DNA of 64,000 bases from Octopus bimaculoides (lineage: Eukaryota). The stretch is from assembly GCF_001194135.2 (NCBI RefSeq), contig NC_068987.1:13453925-13517924 (forward strand), given 5' to 3'. Both the position numbers and the translations under genes were made by a program. The notes below the pieces were generated by a model. The model was not told the DNA's origin. It was given only the letters and a program-made list of their open reading frames with translations, and searched no databases. Shown here piece by piece: positions 1 through 13,302 of this stretch; the first letter of the stretch is position 1; every line of letters begins with the position of its first letter.

Positions 1-199
1 GGCTTGACATCAGGTGGGTCATATTACTAAAAAAAAATTCAAGGTAATTCAGAAAGTTCTATAAGCTATGGTTTGTCTAGGACTGTACTTAGCTATTCTC
101 ACATCAATTCTTCATTGAAAACCAAGCCAAGCTTAAGAAGGGGATTGCATAAGACATGGATTGTCATCAAGTGAGAGAGAGAGAGAGAGAAAGAGAGAA

Positions 200-236
<37 letters not shown>

Positions 237-741
237 AAGAGAAAGAGTACAAGATCAAGGGATCTTGATTTTGATTCTTCTTAACACTCTTTAGGAATTT
301 TTTGACATTGTTGAAATTTTGTACCTTCTCATATGGGACAAAACTGGCTATGTGGTTAAGAAGCTAGTTTTGCAACCAGATGCTTTCGGGTTCAGTACCA
401 CTGCGCTGTACCTTGGGTGTCCTCTACTATAGCCCTGGACCAATCATTAAAGTACCACTCTAGGGAAACACTGTATCCTTAATATAATTCTCAGGCAGAA
501 CCAAAGGCTATACCTTTGAATTATAGGTCCAACCTATTAAATGAGCTTTTATACAGTTTCCATGTATCCAATTTTCCCCACAAGATTTGGGTATATCTAA
601 GGTTATAGAAAATGTATTTGTTCACATTGCCATGCAGTGGGGTCAAACCCAGTCCCTTGAGGTTGTAAAGTAAACTTTTTAATCATTTAGCTGTACTGTA
701 TCTATACAAACATTGACACACACACAGAGTACCATTCTTAA

Positions 742-870
742 CCTTTAGCATGTTGTAGGTGCATCATGTTGCTGTACGAGTTTTCTCCCATCTCAATGTG
801 GTACAATGTACTTACAGCTACAGGGGAGAAAATTCACACGGCGACATGATGTGCCTCAGCATGCTAAAGG
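742..870. mobile_element. Fold-back MITE, TTAA-flanked (piggyBac-like), with about 48-bp inverted arms
   Basis: ttaa|cctttagcatg...catgctaaagg|ttaa; the arms differ by 8 transitions and 1 indel. Confidence 0.8.
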
Positions 871-3000
871 TTAAAAAGGAAATACAGATGTTAAAATATT
901 ACAGAATTTTAGAAAATATGGTGGTAAAATGTCAAATATACACAGCTCAGCAACCTTGAACTTCCCCACTTTGATCAGTGTTTGCTCATCTTTATAATGA
1001 CATACAGTGGTAAAATTTAATCAAGATAGGAAATCTGGTGCACATAACATTTAACTAGATCTAAACATCTTTAACCAGTTTGCTTTTCCACATCTTTTCT
1101 CATAATGGAATAAATTTCATGATTCCCTTTCAAAATACACACACACCTTAATTCACAGTGTATTTTTTAAAGGTGATTCCCTCAATTGTAAAAAGTTTCT
1201 TAAACTACATCTTTTGCTTAAATTTCATTCTGAAAACCTTGGTCCTGAACACCAAAATGTCTACTTAAAAAGGAAAATAAAAAAAACAAAACAAAAAACC
1301 GATCCAACATCAAAAGAAACACACCAAGAATGTCTACATGGAGACTGTTTTGAGAATGAGGCAATAAAGTCACAGGTAAAAACAGGTCTATTTAACACCA
1401 ATGATATAACAGAAATCTTTGAATAAATTTAATTTTTTTTCCTATTAGAGAAAGAGCTAATGAGCTGTTGTTTATACTGAATCCACTTTGGCAGGATGGA
1501 GATAAAAAAACTCAGTTAAAACAGGAGTGTAGTATGTGCGTGCTTCAACTGAGTTCCCAAAGATAAGTGAAGAATAATATGATAAATACATCAATTTACT
1601 TAAATAAAAAGAAAAAATATCTCAACTAAAAAAAAAAAAAATGCATGGAAAACGAAAGAGATGGAAAGACATTTGTTTTACTAGATGTATAAACTGCTGA
1701 CACATTCCAACTGAAAAAATGATTTTATATCGATAAAATTTCAACCTAAATTTAAAATTCTTAAAAAAGATGCAGCATTCTTTGAAAAAAAAATATGGAT
1801 GAATATTTTTTCTTTCAAATTAAACTTTGAATGGGATGTTTAAAAAGTATCAAAAAAAAAAAAAGAAAGAAAGTAAAGATAATTGAGCAGAAAGAGAGAA
1901 AGAGAGACAAAAGAAGAAACAAAACAATTGAAATGTTTTCTCTCTTTTCTAAAAAAAATCTAGAATTAATAATTAAATGAATAAATTAAGCAAATAACAA
2001 AGTAAAAAAAATGACATTTTTAAAACAGATGTCAACCAACCTTCCAGTAAAAGTGACAGGAGGTGAGGAGGTCACTGTTTTAATAAATGAGGAAGAAGAA
2101 GAAATGGTCATCCAAACGAGAGATTGTTTTTCTCTACTGATGATATGAAGTCAGGTAAGCAGTTAAGGAACTACTATGGATGGACTACTCACCATTGAAG
2201 GGAGGAGGGAGTCACACTTAACACTGTATCAAAAGTCACTGGAAGTAGTTGGTAGGTCAGATCAAGTGCTCATCCCACGAGGGTGGTCCCTGTACGCTTA
2301 GCGGTAGCCTGCTGTGCACCTTGCAGAAAAAGTAGTAGCAGACTTCTAAGTGCATGGCAGAAATATATCACTTGTGACAACAGCTAGCATCATCAGTAGT
2401 GGCAGCAGAAAGATGAGGGCAACGACGATGTAGCAGGCAGCATGAGTGGCAACGATGACGAATTTGTATGCAGTACAAGAAATCTTTAGTGACAAGGGTG
2501 GTAGTGGTGGTGGGGGCATGGGGTAGAGTTTTGAGAGTGTTACAAGTGGGAGAGAGGGTTTCGAAATAAAAACAAGATGACTGGGTTGGTAGATATAAAT
2601 TAATCATTTATTTGAGGAGATGAAGTTCAGATAATAGGAACAGATGAAAAAAAGAGTCATTCTCCACCAGGAGCAAATCGTGATGAAGAAAGATACAAAT
2701 GACATGTCTGTTCTTTAAATGGAGATAATGGATAAAAAACTTTTAAGCTTTTTCGTTTTCTTTTACATAAGATTAATTTACTTTAATCTGAAAGGCTAGC
2801 AACACCAAATAAAGAAAACTATATTTTAGATGACAGTATTTTATTTTCTTAAAGAAATAATGTGTATCCTTTCACAGAAAACTTTTGATAATTTTGCAAG
2901 CCTATTTTAGGATTAACCGTAACAGGTTAACACTAATATGTAAAAATCATATTAGTAAACTACTTTTAGATCACAATCTAATCCATTTACTATTAATTAA

Positions 3001-3234
3001 CCCTTTCGTTACCAACCTGGCTGAAGCTATCTGAAACTGAAACTGGCTCTGGCTCTGAGTACAAATGTCTTGTTTACATAAGTTTTGAATTAAAATCTTC
3101 CACCAAACCTTAGTCACAATTTATGTTCCTAACACTAGCTGAATGATAACTAAGTTATTTTACTAAATTCATTGTTCTATTTAAAGTAATTGAAAGAAAC
3201 AGAGCATCTCAAAATAAATACAGTAACGAAAGGG
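3001..3234 (+). mobile_element. piggyBac-like MITE, family D (234 bp)
   Basis: Perfect ttaaccctttcgttac/gtaacgaaagggttaa inverted termini including TTAA; interior shared with the 9529 and 11873 copies. Confidence 0.85.
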
Positions 3235-4315
3235 TTAAATATGTCTGAACTTACAATAATCTGAAGAATGAAGGAAACTCCAAAACTTTTTAGCAGAGAA
3301 GTATTAATTGTGGAAAGCTTAGCTCCAAGAATTATGGAAGATGGACAGAAAGAAATCACTGATATAGTGAAGCCATTCCAGTTCCATTTTATCCTGGGTA
3401 ACTCAAGAAAAGAGTAACTTAACTTAGAATAATATACTGTTTTAATTATTTACTAGACAATGTTCAAAGTTCATAATTGTGACATAAAATATCTCCTAAA
3501 CTGTAGCATAGTTTTATATGGTACTAAAATAAAATGAAACAGTAAAACCTATTTAAACTAGGTTTACGTTTGGTAAATACTAACCACAAAAAGTTCACAG
3601 TGTGGAATAAATTTGAATACCATGAGAAGAAGAGAAGAGATTTGATGCTTCAAGAAGCCTTCAATTTTTGTTGAAGAGGAGGGCTTTGCCTGAAATATCA
3701 GTTCTCACTTTTTCCAAACTGACTTACTTCTCGATGTACCCAGTGTAAGCTATGGGCACATAAGAGGTGCAGCAATTCATGAACATTTTCGTAATTAAAA
3801 TTCAGATCTTAACAAATGCTGACTCAAAATCGAAGGAATACTATTTACTATACATAGTTGATGTAAAATGAAGCTCCCAAGCCCATCATTATATATCTTG
3901 GGACAGATAGTGGTAAATTCTTAGTAAACTTTGTCTGCAATGCAATTTTGCTACCTTGATGAAACCATACTGAATACTTATGGAAAACACATGAACATCA
4001 TTTATTTTCTATTTCTCCTTCCCAATAAATCCAAGGTTTTATTTCCATAAAGGAACCTTTATATATATATTCCATTTCTCAGTTTATTGCATTCTTCAAA
4101 CAATTATTTATCATATCAACTTAGATATAATTTAATTTTCAAAACTTGCAATTATAGTTTAGTTTTTAAAAAGAAACCTGGTTGCTCTCTTAAGATAAGT
4201 TCTCAGATATTTTACTTTTACAGTCATTGTCAAACCAGAATGTGTTTATGTATTGTTCCGCTCAAACAAACAGTTAACAAGTTAGTTTTTTTCTTTCACA
4301 CGAAAGTATATTAAT

Positions 4316-4529
4316 CTTTTCTACTCTAGGCATAAGGCCCGAAATTTTTGGAGAGGGGGCCAGTCGATTAAATCAACCTCAGTATGCAACTGGTATTTAA
4401 TTTATCGACCCTGAAAGGATGAAAGGCAAAGTCAACCTCGGCTGAATTTAAACTCAGAATGTAAAGACAGATGAAGCACCACTAAGCATTTCGCCCGGTA
4501 TGCTAACGCTTCTGCCAGCTTGCAGCCTT
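4316..4529 (-). mobile_element. tRNA-derived SINE, family B
   Basis: Minus strand has a GTTTAAATT B-box-like head, the gttgactttgcctttcatcctttcagggtcgataaattaaatacc core and a ccttatgcctagagtagaaa tail. Confidence 0.85.
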
Positions 4530-4851
4530 ACATAAAGTATAATAATGAAGGAATGACTAAATCTGAATGCTTTGAACATGAAAATGTACTATGAACGGAG
4601 TCACATGATACCATTTATTAACAAACAGGAAATCAAATGCTAAAATAAGGACATTGTTCACACAATTTTTGGCTATGAATAGAGACTTTAAATATAAACT
4701 CTGGGCTACAAACATTTCCATTAAGTTTATTTCTCAAATTAGGTAACAAATTTGGAGACAAAAGTAGTCAAATGAGCATTTATTTGCTCATAAATTGACC
4801 ACACATTCTAATTATATCACAGTTTTAAATATTAGACTTAATATCATCTCA

Positions 4852-5090
4852 GGTGAATGTGTGTGGCCTAGTGTTTAGGATGTTGCACTCACAAGTGCAA
4901 GATCATAATTTCAATTCCCAGACCAAGTGGTTCATTGTGTATTCTTTAGCAAAATACTTAATCTCATGTTGCTCCAGCTCGCTCAATTGTAAATAAGTAG
5001 CCCTTTGAAGGACTGGTGTCTCATCCAGGAGGTTGTGATCTTGGTCACTTATATGTCATGGAAATTGAGTAACCAGAGCTACAAGTCCCA
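4852..5090 (+). mobile_element. SINE, family F-related
   Basis: gtgtggcctagtgtttaggatg head and ttcacgttgctccag-type core. Confidence 0.7.
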
Positions 5091-5564
5091 GGACAGTCAT
5101 GTCTAGAGGACGTATATGCCAGCTTCAATAGTGTGCCTATTATTAGGAAAACTATTGAACTTATAGTTTCAAGAACTATTCAGAGCACTGTTATAAATTA
5201 TGAGCTTCACATTCACACATAATTGCTATTTAAGAATCTCTTTTACAATGTTAACAGTCTAGCATATAGTAATGGTGAGAGTATTAGTTTTCATAGTTTA
5301 GTGTTTATTACAATGTACACAGAACTAGAAAGAAGACAAAAAATGCCAGGATTCCCCAAAAATTTCACCTCACCACCCTACCCTTCTATAATTTTCCATT
5401 ACCTGAAACAGTTACCACTTTTTGGGTTTTTTTTTGTTTTGCTGTTTCCTACTTATTTTGACTAGGAACAGGCTGAATAATGTCTTACCTACAGATAACC
5501 AAACGTTTGGGAAAATGTTTAAATCTTAGCTTATCATTCTATCCAAGTTTGGCATTGGTAATTC

Positions 5565-5603
<39 letters not shown>

Positions 5604-6205
5604 AAGCAAGGACTCAGTTTAGGATGATGACAACGATAATGATGATGATGATGGTGATACAAATTTTGAATTAAGATCCAACGGGCAGAAACATGCAAGG
5701 AATAACCAGAAACTAAAAAATACACCAGCTATTCAGATTATTATTCTAGTTGATATAGCACCTGTAGTTTCTTATATGTTAAACAATTAAGAAGAGTTGA
5801 AGGTGATTTGATGGTTGTTGGCACTGAAGAATATATTTGCCTCCCATGAAATATTAGTAAACATTTGGTGTCAGACTGATTAAAATTAGAAAATCAACTC
5901 AGATATGAAACCGGCAAAGTTGAAAATTTAACTTAATTAAGGTTATTATTAGATGGTCAAATTGAATTAGTACAAACTTACTTTAGACACACATGAAAAG
6001 CAAACTATATATTCCTATTTTATACACATGCACGTGTGTGTGTGTGTATGTCTGTGTGAATTTGTGTATATATATATATATATATGTATGTACACGTATA
6101 CACATCCATGTGTGTATATATCTTTATGCACACATACATACATATATATAAAGACAGACACACACACACACATACATACATGAACATATACACAGACATA
6201 CATTA

Positions 6206-6272
6206 ACATTTGAGCTAGTTAGTTGACATTTGAGCTAGTTAGTTGACATTTGAGCTAGTTAGTTGACATTTG
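6206..6272. repeat. Perfect 20-bp tandem repeat, about 3.3 copies (acatttgagctagttagttg)
   Basis: Exact period-20 repetition. Confidence 0.95.
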
Positions 6273-8349
6273 CTATTCACACAAATGTTTTTTTTTTTAC
6301 TTTATGAGACCAAACTGTAATTTGGGAGGTTTAATTAGTTAATGAATAAAAAATTTATCAGGAATCTGATGCAGACGAAGCCAAATATTGAGGTTTTTTT
6401 TTTTTTTAGTAACAGGATAAAACAAATATTTCCATGAAATATAAAAATATCTGTGAGAAATTTAAGAATTAGCCCAAGATTAATGCCATCAATTTAAATA
6501 TCTATCATGTATAGTTTTCAAACTAATCTTAATTTTAAACAGGAGTTTAAATTATTGCTCAGATTTAACTATCATTTTTGATAGTTTAAACACAAGGGCC
6601 TTTATAAAAGCTATCTCAATAAATTATTTTATCAATCTAGGAGACTGATTACAAGAAATCTATATTACTGATAATCTTTATAAGATTATACTAAATATTT
6701 AGGGATTTACTAAATTAGAATATCTTATGAAATGCTTGAATTTTTATTTATCTAAAGGGTTGATATTATTTTCTATCTCTTTTTAAGCTACACAATGCAA
6801 ACATTAGAACCAAATGGCTGTACTCTAACTGTTGCTGAATAAAATATGACCTTACTTTTTAGCTATTTCTCTAAGGGTTAAATTTTTTTTTAAAGCTGGC
6901 ATATCAGTTATTGTAACTATGATATTCTAAATATTTTCAGATAATTTTCACTTAATTTATTGTCAGTTATTTCTTGAACTAAAACACAAGAAAATACAAA
7001 CATTATAATAGCTTAATAGCTAATAGCTTATGGCCAAAATGTCACAGACATGTCACCAAAGTTAAGGAGAATTTTGTTTGAAAAGATAGCTTTTAAGAGA
7101 TATATATACACACACACACACACACACATAGATATTGTGTAGTGAGGTATGTATATATGGGTATAGAAATATGCAGAAATGAAATTAGAATTTAAGGGAC
7201 TGGGAGAAAAGAGTGGAAGAGAAACAAGCAAAAGACACAGCAACAAAAATTACAAAGGCCAGAAGTATCTTTAGTGATGGAAAGGTTAAATCTTGCAACC
7301 ATTGTCAACAAAGTGAAAAAATATACAAAATCTCAAACAAATATACAACAACAAAACAACAACAAAAATTAATTAAAAAAATAACACACTAAAACTTCCT
7401 TAAATCTTCATACATACTAAATGGGACAGTTAAGCAAACATTAATTAATAAATATAATAAAAGCCTATCTGCCAAAATAATATATTCTTTAAAAAATAAA
7501 ATAAATAACAATAATAATTGAAATTTATTTATATTTTTTTTAAACAATAAAAGGATATATATATTCAGGCCACTTAAACGCCTTTGTTTTACTATTTATG
7601 TTAGTGTAATCAGTGCCCTTGTGGCAAATTAAGAAACAATTATTCCATTGTAGATATTATAGAATATCCTTAAGAAGTGCCTTTTTTTTTTCTCTTACTC
7701 TTCTTTTCATTTTTTTTTTATTGCAAATAGAATGACAATCAACAAAATCAAATGAATAAATACAATATTTGGTTATGGATCATTTGGGAATGGGACAACC
7801 CTGGCTTACACCATTATTTATTCGATAACTACAAGTTTTAATAAATTCTTCGCTGTTCCTCTCACTACACACACTCACTGTTTTCTTGGAAAGTTATAAC
7901 AACATTAACACCCACCACAACCTCGAGTTCAGTTAGAAAATACCTAACATTCTGAGCATATTCTCATAGTTTGTGATCATCTCGAGTTCCAAAGCAAAGG
8001 GTAAACAAACATAGCTGACTCCACTGATATGCAAATAGATATGGTTATAAATGTACAGTTTGCTGCTGTTAAACTGAATATCTTGACAGGTCAGAAGTTG
8101 GTGTATTTGGGATTAAATTCTCCCCCAGAATAGCTGAAAGGGAGATAAATCCCAGAAGGACTATTAACCAAAGTGTTTGCAGTAAATAGATTCTCTTGGT
8201 CAAGGTGGATGAATAGTTAATCGATTTCATTCAGTGTGGAGGAAGGAACAGGTAATTGAATGTGAAATAATGATAACAGGGTTGAAAGAACCCCATCAGT
8301 TACTATTAAATATCCATATATTAGAATTAAGTTAATGCCGATATAAAGG

Positions 8350-8680
8350 GTAAAGACCCCCTTTTGGTCATGAATGACTATGGGATTGTACCTAGAAAGT
8401 TACCTTCCAAGCAACAATGTTTATGGAAGACCAGCAGTCGCCCATGCATACCAAACCTCCCCTCTTCATGCCACCAATGTTATCCAAGGGAAAGGCAAAC
8501 ATCGATACATCTTGGCACCAGTGACATCACAATTCATTTTTTATAGCTGAATGAACTGGAGCAACATGAAGTACTGTCTTGCTCGACAAGTACACAACAC
8601 ACAATCTGGTCCAGGAATTGAACTCACTACTTCACGATTGTGAGCTCAATGCTCTAATCACTGAGCCATGCACCTTCATG
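8350..8680 (-). mobile_element. tRNA-derived SINE, family F
   Basis: Minus strand has ggctcagtgattagagc / gagttcaattcc boxes, a gagcaagaca core and a tcattcatgaccaaaagggg tail. Confidence 0.85.
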
Positions 8681-8810
8681 CTTTTTTTAACACCTATATA
8701 TACTTATATATATACATATATGATTAAATAATTAGGCATGTCTTTTACAAGAATGATAACAAAATCAGCAAAAGACTAAAATAGACTAAGATTCTGCAAA
8801 TTCTTTAGCA

Positions 8811-9195
8811 GGAGTGGCTGTGTGGTAAGTAGCTTGCTTACCAAGAACATGGTTCTGGGTTCAGTCCCACTGCATGGCACCTTGGGCAAGTGTCTTCTAC
8901 TATAGCCTCAGGCTGACCAAAGCCTTGTGAGTGGATTTGGTAGATGGAAACTGAAAGAAGCCCATCGTATATATGTATATGTATATATATGTGTGTCTGT
9001 GTTTGTCCCCCCAACATCACTTAACAACTGATGCTGGTGTGTTTACGTCCCCGTAACTTAGCAGTTCGGCAAAACAGACCGATAGAATAAGTACTAGGCT
9101 TACAAAGAATAAGTCCTGGGGTCGATTTGCTCGACTAAAGGCGGTGCTCCAGCATGGCCGCAGTCAAATGACTGAAACAAGTAAAAGAGAAAAAG
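8811..9195 (+). mobile_element. tRNA-derived SINE, family A (full length, internal TA/TG microsatellite)
   Basis: ggagtggctgtgtggtaag A-box-like, gggttcagtccc B-box-like, ggcaccttgggcaagtgtcttct core, and cagtcaaatgactgaaacaagtaaaagag tail. Confidence 0.9.
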
Positions 9196-9528
9196 AGTAC
9201 ATGTGCACACACATACACATGCATCCACACACCCACATTATGGGCTCTCGTATCATTAAACAATGGATGAGGTCCCACAGTTCCTTGCTGAATGCCAACA
9301 CACATAATTTCCTTACAGAGATCAAATGTTTGTGTTGCACACAAGCTCACCACCTCCATCAAACTGACATTGCCTGTAGAGGTGAACAAGTGTCCCACAT
9401 GTCAGCAATGGAAAATGAAGCACAATGCACCACTGGGTGTGGGAATGGAAATCACGATTTCGCAATCACAGGTGCAACACTCAAGCCACTAGGCCACACA
9501 CACACACACACACACACACAAACATTAG

Positions 9529-9744
9529 CCCTTTTGATACCAACCTGGTTGAAACTGCCTCTGGCTCTGTAGTACAAATGTCTTGTTTTCATAAGATTAA
9601 AATCCTCCACTAAACATTAGTTACAGTTTATTTTCCTAACACTAGCTTAATGATAACTGAGTTATTTTACTAAATTCTTTGTTATATTTAAAACTAATTA
9701 AAAGAAACACAGAACATCTCAACAGAAATCTGGTAACAAAAGGG
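9529..9744 (+). mobile_element. piggyBac-like MITE, family D
   Basis: cccttttgatacc...ggtaacaaaaggg termini; interior similar to 3001-3234. Confidence 0.8.
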
Positions 9745-10799
9745 TTAGTAGCAGTTCGACTCGAGCTTCATATGACTTAAAGTCTCTTAGGCTGAACCCA
9801 TTAACCTCAGGTATGTTACGAGATAGGTTCGTGCTAAGAGTCTACAGGAGCTGAGTCAAGCTTATTGAAAAATATACTTAACTCCTACAAACAGTATTGA
9901 GGGTTACTTTCTTTTGTTAGTCCACTCACTTGTGTACATACATACACACACACACACATACATACATATATACACACAGAGAAAGGATGCAAATCTTAAA
10001 ACAATATCTAAAGCATTCAGATAAAAATGAGACATAAACTAAGTCCCTTGTTTTATCTATCTTATACATACGCACATATGTATATATACACATACGTTAC
10101 TCATAATTGACTGAGGTGAGCCATTTATTGAAGCAAGTTGATATAGTTATTAAAAGACACTATTTCTTACTACCACTGCTAAATACTAGATAAGCTTACA
10201 AAAGAGCCTCTACAGGGTCCCTAAAAATGGCAGTCTAATTCCCCCTAAAATAACACCCTGCAATCTTAAAAAGAAAGCATATATTAGCTAATGCAGTCTA
10301 AGATATGGAAAAAAAAAACAAGCAAAATTAGACAGGAAGGTCATGGCCAGAACACTGTTCATCATAGGTTTGCTTGATCAGGGCTTAACAAACAACTACA
10401 TAATATATATAAAAAAAAAAGATATATTCTTAAATAGCTGAACATCAGTTCAGCAATTATTTCTACCAAATTACACACATTATCAATCAAAAGAGTTGAA
10501 ATTATATTGGCTGAGATACTAATTAATATTTCAGCTAAAGAAACAAATTGATGAGAAATTGGCAATAAGTATTTAAGAATACAATTATATAAATAGTAGT
10601 CCGGTTGATTTTGGCTGGTTATTTGCTTTTTTCTTCTTCTTTAAACTGAGAAAGAAACTAATTTCAATACATCTATGAATATTTTAATTAATTCAGAAAA
10701 TTTCCTTTAATTAAACTAAAGTACGTAATTAATATTTGTGATTTGATTTACATCAATAATTCATACATATGAATAATATATGAATATAGAAGGTGAAGG

Positions 10800-10923
10800 C
10801 ATGGGGGTGTGGTTACAAAAGCTCGCTTTGCAACCATGTGGATTCAGGTTCAGTTTGGTTCAGTTCCACTGGGCAACACCTTGGACAAGTGTCTTTGGTT
10901 ATAGCCTCAGGCCAATCAAATGC
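10800..10923 (+). mobile_element. SINE family A head, truncated by an N gap
   Basis: Head plus caccttggacaagtgtc core. Confidence 0.75.
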
Positions 10924-11872
10924 NNNNNNNNNNNNNNNNNNNNNNNNNNNNNNNNNNNNNNNNNNNNNNNNNNNNNNNNNNNNNNNNNNNNNNNNNNNNN
11001 NNNNNNNNNNNNNNNNNNNNNNNNNNNNNNNNNNNNNNNNNNNNNNNNNNNNNNNNNNNNNNNNNNNNNNNNNNNNNNNNNNNNNNNNNNNNNNNNNNNN
11101 NNNNNNNNNNNNNNNNNNNNNNNNNNNNNNNNNNNNNNNNNNNNNNNNNNNNATATATATATATATATATAAAAGATATATAGCAGAAATACAAAGTATG
11201 AATATTGTGTTCATAGAAAAGGCTTACATTTCTGATTAGATGTGGTTTTGCAACTGTGAAAAGATGATAAAAAAAAAAAAAAAAGAGGGAGGGCAGAGAG
11301 ATGATGGGTTGGTCATTCCATTATTTCTATTTGTAACTATCCCATGGAACTCATTTCCAAGTAACTTGACCTGACTATCTCACTCTCTTGGTTGAGGTCC
11401 TTCTATTGCCAGATTCATGATACTGATCATGCACTGAGCTTCTTAACCCTTCGCCCTTCCTTCCCATTCACAATGGACTCAAAACCTTATACCCATCAGT
11501 GGCTCTGAAACACTTCACTTCAATTGCTGCACCATTCCTGATCTGCTATGTCAAAGAAGTCATCACGCCTCGACATAACGCCTCCACCTAACAGGTGATC
11601 ATATTACTGTGTGGTTAAGAAGTTTGTCTTCTAACCATATGGTTTTGTGTTGAGACTCATCAAGCAACAGCTTCTACTGACATAGCCTTGTGAGTGCAAT
11701 TTGGTAGAGGGAAACTGAAAAAGCCCATCGTATAGGTGTGTGTGTGTGTGTTTACATTTGTGGTTCTCCACAAATGATGTCGTTACAAGCAGTGATATTG
11801 TTGCCAATCTGCCTTTCAAAGAATAGTCCACTATCAACAGAAAGGGAATATAACTGTAAAACAATGCTTTAA

Positions 11873-12332
11873 CACTTTTGTCACCAGATTTCTTATTTCT
11901 TTGTTGCCCACAAGGGGCTAAACATAGAGGGTACAAACAAGGACAGACAAGGGATTAAGTCGATTACATCGACCCCAGTGCATAACTGGTACTTAATTTA
12001 TCGACCCCGAAAGGATGAAAAGCAAAGTCAACCTCGACGGAATTTGAACTCAGAACGTAAAGGCAGACGAAATACCGCTAAGCATTTTGCCCGGCATGCT
12101 AACGTTTCTGCCAGCTCGCCACCAGATTTCTGTTGAGATGCTCTGTGTTTCTTTCAATTAATTCTAAATATTACAAAGAATTTAGTAAAATAACTTACTT
12201 ATCATTAAGCTAGTGTTAGGAACATAAATTGTGACCAAGGTTCGGAGGAAGATTTTAATTCAGAACTTTTGAAAACAAGACATTTGTACAACAGAGCCAG
12301 AGATGGTTTTAGCTGGGTTGGTATCGAAAGAG
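11873..12332 (-). mobile_element. piggyBac-like MITE, family D, interrupted by a SINE
   Basis: TTAA at 11869-11872 and 12333-12336; interior is the reverse complement of 3001-3234 once 11894-12131 is removed. Confidence 0.8.
11894..12119 (-). mobile_element. SINE family B (alternative-tail subtype) nested in a MITE, with a 12-bp target-site duplication
   Basis: caccagatttct occurs at 11882-11893 and 12120-12131; family B core present. Confidence 0.9.
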
Positions 12333-12807
12333 TTAATGATATATCTGTGAAACCCATGCTAGCATAGGAAAACAGGTGTAAAATGAACTACACAAATCAT
12401 ACATATATGATTTTAGACTACCTACCCCACATCCCAGTGTGTCATAAAAGGGAACTAGAAGGGTTGGCAACACAAAGGATATCTAACAGTAAAATACTGA
12501 TCAAAAATACTATCCAACCCATGCCAGCAAATAAAAACAGATGTGAAGTGCTGCTGCTGCTGATAATACTATACATACATGCACACACACACACACACAC
12601 GCAGCCATTATTTTACATCCAGTTACCATAGGATGGTATAGGATGGGTTATAACAGTCCGCAACAAGAACCATGTGTTGCTCATTACATACATTATATAT
12701 GGCTACTAGTTAAGGGGAGGTGAAGGTAAGAGAATAAAGGACATCAATAAGGAAGTGATCTGATGGAAAGGGAGTAGTGGCAAGCCATATATATTTTTCA
12801 GTAAGGA

Positions 12808-12839
<32 letters not shown>

Positions 12840-13085
12840 CAGTAGTGTTTTGTATCAGTGTTTCTGTGTTTTTTTTTTTGTTTATTAAATTTGCTGCATG
12901 TAATTCTTAACAGATCTAGTTAGCATGTAGAAAGTTCATCACGGGCCTGTGTCAGTTCTGATCAAGCAGACAAACTATAGAAGGCATTCTAGTCATGAAT
13001 ATTTTTTGTCAGTATCTATCTCAGGGACAACATTGTCCAGTATATCTTTCTTTTTTTTTGAAGACTTGTGCAATGTAAGAGTTAA

Positions 13086-13302
13086 CCCTTTAGTACTCAA
13101 ATTATTCTATCAAATGTAATGTTTAATTTATTCATATTGTTTTGAATTGATTATGCATTATTTTGAAGCTTTGAGATTTTGATGAATTAACTTAATTTTT
13201 AGAATATTGTAGAGTTGGTGTGAGAAGGTCAGATGTGGCCAATTTGAATATAAAACAGGTAGACTATTTTGGCCGGATATGGCTGGTTTAAATGCTAAGG
13301 GG
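13086..13302 (+). mobile_element. piggyBac-like MITE, family E
   Basis: ttaa|ccctttag...ctaagggg|ttaa; interior matches 58513-58736. Confidence 0.85.

Noticed and set aside
1470-1560. Minus-strand EARTYYTPV, reminiscent of VRTYSC
   Set aside because: Poor acceptor (gggaactcag), wrong phase for the 18450 donor and no YSC-stop.
11380-11600. GC-richer fragment resembling a decayed LINE (similar block at about 42240-42480)
   Set aside because: No diagnostic RT or endonuclease motif could be reconstructed confidently, so it is not called.
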